64,000 nt of DNA, from the NCBI GenBank assembly GCA_036171675.1, contig JAVHRO010000080.1, positions 10,413-74,412 of the forward strand, in the 5' to 3' direction. The stretch comes from Vicingus sp. (GTDB lineage: Bacteria > Bacteroidota > Bacteroidia > Flavobacteriales_E > Vicingaceae). A program made the translations under genes and the position numbers. Of the stretch, positions 59,131 to 64,000 are shown one piece after another (within the stretch, counting starts at the first letter, position 1; each line of letters opens with the position of its first letter). The notes beneath the pieces were generated by a model. That model saw nothing but the letters and a program-made list of their open reading frames with translations, was not told the origin of the DNA and did not search any database.

Positions 59131-60711
59131 ATGGCCGAAGTAAAACCCGCAGAAGTATCAGCTATTCTAAGACAACAATTAGCTGGATTTAAAACGGAAG
59201 CACAACTTGAAGAAGTAGGAACAATTTTGCAAGTAGGTGATGGTATCGCTCGTATTTACGGATTATCACAAGTACAAGCAGGTGAATTAATTGAGTTTAA
59301 AAATGGTTTGAATGCTATTGTGTTAAACCTTGAAGAAGACAACGTTGGTGCTGTACTATTAGGCTCATCAACTGGTGTTAGAGAAGGTGATACCGTAAAA
59401 AGAACCAAAAAAATTGCTTCCATAAAAGTAGGAGAAGGAATGTTGGGTAGAGTTGTAGATACACTTGGGAATCCAATTGACGGAAAAGGACCAATAGCTG
59501 GTGAATTATATGAAATGCCATTGGAAAGAAAAGCTCCAGGGGTTATTTTTAGAGAACCTGTTGCCGAACCAATGCAAACTGGAATTAAAGCTATTGATGC
59601 GATGATTCCTGTTGGTAGAGGACAAAGAGAGTTGGTAATTGGTGACCGACAAACTGGAAAAACTACCGTTTGTATCGATACCATTATTAACCAAAAAGAA
59701 TTTTACGACAGAGGTGAACCTGTATTTTGCATCTATGTTGCTACAGGTCAAAAAGGTTCAACAGTTGCTGGTATTGTTAAAACATTAGAAGATAACGGCG
59801 CAATGGCTTATACAGTTGTTGTTGCTGCTAATGCTTCCGACCCGGCTCCTATGCAATTTTATTCTCCATTTGCTGGAGCTGCAATAGGTGAATTTTTTAG
59901 AGATTCAGGTCGTCCTGCATTAATTATTTATGATGATTTATCGAAACAAGCTGTTGCTTACCGTGAAGTTTCTTTATTGTTAAGACGTCCACCAGGACGT
60001 GAGGCTTACCCAGGCGATGTATTTTACTTGCACTCAAGATTGTTAGAAAGAGCTGCCAAAATCAATGCTTCGGATGAAATTGCAAAAAACATGAACGATT
60101 TACCCGAATCAATTAAACACTTGGTAAAAGGTGGAGGTTCATTAACCGCTCTTCCTATTATTGAAACACAAGCTGGCGACGTTTCTGCTTATATTCCAAC
60201 TAACGTAATTTCGATTACCGATGGTCAAATTTTCTTGGAATCAGATTTATTCAACCAAGGTGTTCGACCTGCTATCAACGTTGGTATCTCAGTATCAAGG
60301 GTAGGTGGTAATGCACAAATTAAATCAATGAAAAAAGTGGCTGGCACATTGAAACTTGACCAAGCACAATATAGAGAATTAGAGGCATTCTCTAAATTTG
60401 GCTCTGACTTAGATGCTGCAACCATGGCCGTTTTAGATAAAGGAAAACGTAATGTTGAAATCTTAAAACAAGGTCAAAACGCACCACTTCCAGTTGAAAA
60501 ACAAGTTGCTATTATTTATTTAGGCACAAAAGGTTTAATTAATCGTGTTCCTGTAAATAAAGTTAGAGAGTTTGAAGTTGAATATTTGTCATTTTTAGAA
60601 AACAAACATAGAGAGGTGTTAGATTTGTTAAAAGCCGGAAAATTTGACGATCAAATAACTTCAACACTTGAAAAAGTAGCTTCAGAATTAACAGCGAAAT
60701 ATAAAGCTTAA
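59131..60711 (+). CDS. atpA: F0F1 ATP synthase subunit alpha
   Basis: [31 protein letters not shown]. Confidence 0.99.
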   Translation: MAEVKPAEVSAILRQQLAGFKTEAQLEEVGTILQVGDGIARIYGLSQVQAGELIEFKNGLNAIVLNLEEDNVGAVLLGSSTGVREGDTVKRTKKIASIKVGEGMLGRVVDTLGNPIDGKGPIAGELYEMPLERKAPGVIFREPVAEPMQTGIKAIDAMIPVGRGQRELVIGDRQTGKTTVCIDTIINQKEFYDRGEPVFCIYVATGQKGSTVAGIVKTLEDNGAMAYTVVVAANASDPAPMQFYSPFAGAAIGEFFRDSGRPALIIYDDLSKQAVAYREVSLLLRRPPGREAYPGDVFYLHSRLLERAAKINASDEIAKNMNDLPESIKHLVKGGGSLTALPIIETQAGDVSAYIPTNVISITDGQIFLESDLFNQGVRPAINVGISVSRVGGNAQIKSMKKVAGTLKLDQAQYRELEAFSKFGSDLDAATMAVLDKGKRNVEILKQGQNAPLPVEKQVAIIYLGTKGLINRVPVNKVREFEVEYLSFLENKHREVLDLLKAGKFDDQITSTLEKVASELTAKYKA

Positions 60712-60784
60712 TGTACCAATAAAATAATGTAACAATTTTTAAATTGCTACATTAGTAAATTGATGAATTGGTAAATTATTAGAA

Positions 60785-61663
60785 ATGGCAAATTTAAAAG
60801 AAATAAGAAATAGAATTGTCTCGATATCATCGACAAGGCAGATTACCTCTGCAATGAAAATGGTTTCGGCAGCAAAATTACGTAAGGCACAAGATGCAGT
60901 TACTCAAATGCGTCCTTATTCTAGAAAGTTGCAAGAAATTTTAGAAAATTTAAGTGCAGGTTTAGATAGTACTGAGGGAGTTTATAGCCAACAACGTGAA
61001 GTAAAAAACGTACTTTTTGTGAGTATTGCTGGTAATAGAGGTCTTTGTGGTGGTTTCAACAACAATGTATTTAAAACCATTAAAAAAGTTGCTGAAAACG
61101 ATTACAAAGATTGTAATATTACCCTTGTGGCTGTTGGTAAAAAAAGCATGGACGCCTTTAAATCGTCGCCTTGGTCAGAAAAAGGTCGAGAGATATTTTC
61201 AAAAAGCACTGAAATTATTGACAAAATAACATTTGTAAATGCTTCAGAAATTGCTGAATTATTAATGGAAGAATTTGAAGCCAAGCGTCAGGACAAAATT
61301 GTATTGGTATATAATCAATTTAAAAATGCTGCTATTCAAGAAATTCAGGTTGAACAGTTTTTACCAATTGTACCAACTGCCAATACATCAACTACCACTT
61401 CAAATGCTGAATACATTTTTGAACCTGACAAAGAATTTATTGTTCAAGAATTGATACCTAAATCGTTAAAAACGCAATTCTTTAAAGCGTTATTAGACTC
61501 ACAAGCATCAGAACATGGTGCTAGAATGACTGCCATGCATAAAGCAACTGACAATGCTACTGATTTAATTAACGCATTAAAACTAAGCTACAATAAAGCA
61601 CGTCAAGCAGCCATTACCAACGAAATTTTAGAAATTGTTGCTGGTGCAGAGGCCTTGAATTAA
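60785..61663 (+). CDS. atpG: F0F1 ATP synthase subunit gamma
   Basis: QITSAMKMVSAAKL, NRGLCGGFN, RQAAITNEILEI. Confidence 0.99.
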   Translation: MANLKEIRNRIVSISSTRQITSAMKMVSAAKLRKAQDAVTQMRPYSRKLQEILENLSAGLDSTEGVYSQQREVKNVLFVSIAGNRGLCGGFNNNVFKTIKKVAENDYKDCNITLVAVGKKSMDAFKSSPWSEKGREIFSKSTEIIDKITFVNASEIAELLMEEFEAKRQDKIVLVYNQFKNAAIQEIQVEQFLPIVPTANTSTTTSNAEYIFEPDKEFIVQELIPKSLKTQFFKALLDSQASEHGARMTAMHKATDNATDLINALKLSYNKARQAAITNEILEIVAGAEALN

Positions 61664-61804
61664 TTTTATTAATAAATAGATTTGAAAACCCTCCTATTAA
61701 ACAGTAAGGAAACATAAAAAAGTAAAACAAAAAAACGCTGTAACATTTTACAGATTTGAAAATTTGGCGATTTCGAAGCACAAAACGGTGTGAATTGTCC
61801 TTTA

Positions 61805-62071
61805 TTATGCCGCTTTCTGTGGGTATAAATGCTGTTGGAATTCTATAAACAGTCTACTGATGTTTGCAAGGTCTCCTAAAATGTCTTTTGCGTCCTCTAA
61901 CAATTGATATTTGTTTGTAAGCAAGATGATGGGCAGTTTATCTTGATCGAGTACCTCTACACCAGTTTCAATGTGCTTGCTCAATACAAATTCTATAAAC
62001 TCCTTTTGTTTGTTGTCAAGCAATGCAAAAATGGTCACTTTTGCTGCTGCAACTCTTTCTTGCCGAGTCAA
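61805..62071 (-). pseudogene. C-terminal remnant of type I restriction enzyme subunit R (EcoEI R C-terminal domain)
   Basis: TRQERV...QKEFIEFVL..IETGV..LD...FIEFQQHLY matches my recollection of this domain; no helicase or nuclease part, no hsdM/hsdS. Confidence 0.7.
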
Positions 62072-62095
62072 TGGTTTAACTTTTTGCTTAACAAA

Positions 62096-63649
62096 CTAAA
62101 ATCCTAGCAACGTAACACCAACACTTACAGGATACAATTCTGGTCCTCTATTGTTTTCGAATAATGGAGTTAAGCTATACGTAGCAAAAAGGTTTACCCA
62201 ACCAATACCCGCTCGAGCGGTTAAACTCAGTTTAAATGGATTGGTATTAAAATCTTGATTGTCTTTTACTTTTTGCTCGTTACCATCAATTTTATATACG
62301 TATTTCATTCGAGTAGTAAATTTGTACCCAACAATGGCTCCAGCCGATAAATGAAACGATTTGTTTTTTTTGTTGCCCGTATTAATTTCAAATAACAATG
62401 GTGCATCTACATAAAATGTTTTGAAACGGTTTTTTGAATAATTTAATGTTGTATCAACCACTCCCCATGTATAATTTTCGTTGTAAGCATTGATGTTGTT
62501 GTACACAAAACGTCCTCCATTCGGAATTAACCTTACATTGTGTTTAAGTTCGTAGTTGTTGTATTCCAATCCTAAACCGGTAACAACACCCACATGCTCT
62601 TGATAAATTTTAAAGAAATATTCGAAAAAATTGATGTTAACCACCCACGATTTTTCGTAATCTAACTCCATAAATTGAGTTACTTTTTTAGGGTTGGTAG
62701 TCTCTAACGACACATCGTGATTCAAGTTAAAACTCCCATGGTTGTTTACAAAACCATTTATACCCAAATCGATTCCAGCCCAGTGGTTTCTACGCTTTTT
62801 TTTTGTTCGATTTACCGAAATAGAATCGTTAATAATTAATATATTGGTTCTGCCTAATCGCACCTTTGTGGTGTCGTTAACCACTCTAACATTGTTTTCG
62901 CCAACACCTGTAATGGTTACCTCGTCGCCTTCAATAACCACTTTATCGGTTCCAACATTTACTTTTAAATTATCGCTAGTTCTAATATCTGATGCGCCAG
63001 AAGAGGTTAAGGTATTTATAGCTGGATTACCCAACACTTTTACATCACTTGCACCAGAAACTGATCCTGTAATTTCGTTTTTTGGATTAACCGACAAACT
63101 AGATGCACCAGAAGCTTTAACACGAACCGCATCGGCTTCAAACTCTTTTGTTTTAACACTACTTGCACCAGAGGCATCAATAACAAACTCTTGAGTAGTT
63201 CCTTTTAATTTTACATCGCTGGCACCACTTGTTTTTAAGTTGAGAACACTTGTTTTTAAATTCAAATCGATAGTTGATGCCCCACTTGTTTTTATTTCAA
63301 AATTGGTTAACGCTAGCACGCCTTCGTTTTTAATGCTCGAAGCCCCACTAATATCAGCTCGTTCTAACGACGTAAATGTCAGCTTAATTTTCATGTCCAA
63401 CTGGGCTTTAATTTTTCCCTTAGCAAAAATATTTAGCGTGTTGTCGTTAATTTCGGTAACCAAGTTGCCTAAATATTCTTCGGGCACACCAATAATTTCA
63501 ATTTGGTTGGTGGTCCCTTGAATAAGATCGATATTAAATGCCGATGACACTTTTAGTGCATTAAAATCGGCTAAATTTCTTACATTGTTTTGTGCTTTAG
63601 CAAACATTGCACTTATAACAATTGAAATAAATAGAATATATTTTTTCAT
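62096..63649 (-). CDS. DUF2807 (head GIN) domain fused to an outer-membrane beta-barrel
   Basis: Signal peptide; repeated SGAS units; NHWAGIDLGING...GLGLEYNNY...FATYSLTPLF; terminal Phe. Confidence 0.8.
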   Translation of the reverse strand: MKKYILFISIVISAMFAKAQNNVRNLADFNALKVSSAFNIDLIQGTTNQIEIIGVPEEYLGNLVTEINDNTLNIFAKGKIKAQLDMKIKLTFTSLERADISGASSIKNEGVLALTNFEIKTSGASTIDLNLKTSVLNLKTSGASDVKLKGTTQEFVIDASGASSVKTKEFEADAVRVKASGASSLSVNPKNEITGSVSGASDVKVLGNPAINTLTSSGASDIRTSDNLKVNVGTDKVVIEGDEVTITGVGENNVRVVNDTTKVRLGRTNILIINDSISVNRTKKKRRNHWAGIDLGINGFVNNHGSFNLNHDVSLETTNPKKVTQFMELDYEKSWVVNINFFEYFFKIYQEHVGVVTGLGLEYNNYELKHNVRLIPNGGRFVYNNINAYNENYTWGVVDTTLNYSKNRFKTFYVDAPLLFEINTGNKKNKSFHLSAGAIVGYKFTTRMKYVYKIDGNEQKVKDNQDFNTNPFKLSLTARAGIGWVNLFATYSLTPLFENNRGPELYPVSVGVTLLGF

Positions 63650-63762
63650 AATGGTTATTTTTAAAATTGATGGTTAAGTATTTTAATAATAAAACGTACT
63701 ATAGTTTGTTTGTTTTCGTATGTGACGCTTAAGGGTTTCGATTTGTTACAGGGCGATAAAAA

Positions 63763-64000
63763 TTATTGTCTAATTTTTCGTGAAAACGAGAATCCACCTA
63801 TATTTAAAGCGTATGCTTCGGTTTTACCATCAGCTTTTTCTAAGGTTTCCACCTCAGCTTTTTTTCCTAAAACTTTTGCCACCAAATTTACAGCAACCAA
63901 TTCTGTAGGAGCGTTTTTAGTTTCCTTTTCTAAAATTCGTTTTTGGACCTCTTTTTTAAGCAATTCCGAAACAGTTAAAAACTCATCGTTCTCCATGGTA
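63763..64000 (-). CDS. Hypothetical protein, 3' part (5' end likely beyond window)
   Basis: Frame is open to the window edge; ends YALNIGGFSFSRK; may be an anti-sigma-like C-terminus (weak). Confidence 0.55.
   Translation of the reverse strand, partial: TMENDEFLTVSELLKKEVQKRILEKETKNAPTELVAVNLVAKVLGKKAEVETLEKADGKTEAYALNIGGFSFSRKIRQ

Noticed and set aside
62072-62098. Programmed read-through fusing the barrel to the HsdR tail
   Set aside because: An in-frame position has a 1-in-3 chance, and read-through would bury the terminal Phe needed for BAM insertion.

Overview
Low-GC Bacteroidota chromosomal window, most consistent with a free-living Flavobacteriales. Support: TAnnTTTG promoters, a T9SS cargo protein, sprE/porW, the split atpB-E-F-H-A-G operon and stand-alone pheS. 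Most of it is core housekeeping: dprA, alr, tdk, cysQ/deoC/cysC, dusB, hemD, a SAM-riboswitch-controlled metY-metX-hom-cysH operon, lolC/E-rbfA-hflX, pheS, a TPR sensor kinase/response regulator pair and ATP synthase. Accessory parts are a GT2 plus GT-C-type membrane glycosylation set, a two-gene amidohydrolase pair, two CAP-domain proteins, and gene-remnant patches at about 0.7-1.6 kb, 43.3-45.3 kb and 61.8-62.1 kb. I saw no CRISPR array, tRNA/rRNA, integrase or intact transposase. Top signals: (1) a 51-codon upstream ORF ending MMCCMCCCMC, absent from the ORF track, between a SAM-I riboswitch and metY, suggesting tandem SAM plus Met/Cys-tRNA sensing; (2) REP-like palindromes in which every arm carries a different secondary hairpin at the same site; (3) alr with a conserved N-terminus but no canonical start codon; (4) a large CAP/OmpA-like/TPR-like protein. 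All product calls are from motif recognition by eye; no searches were run.
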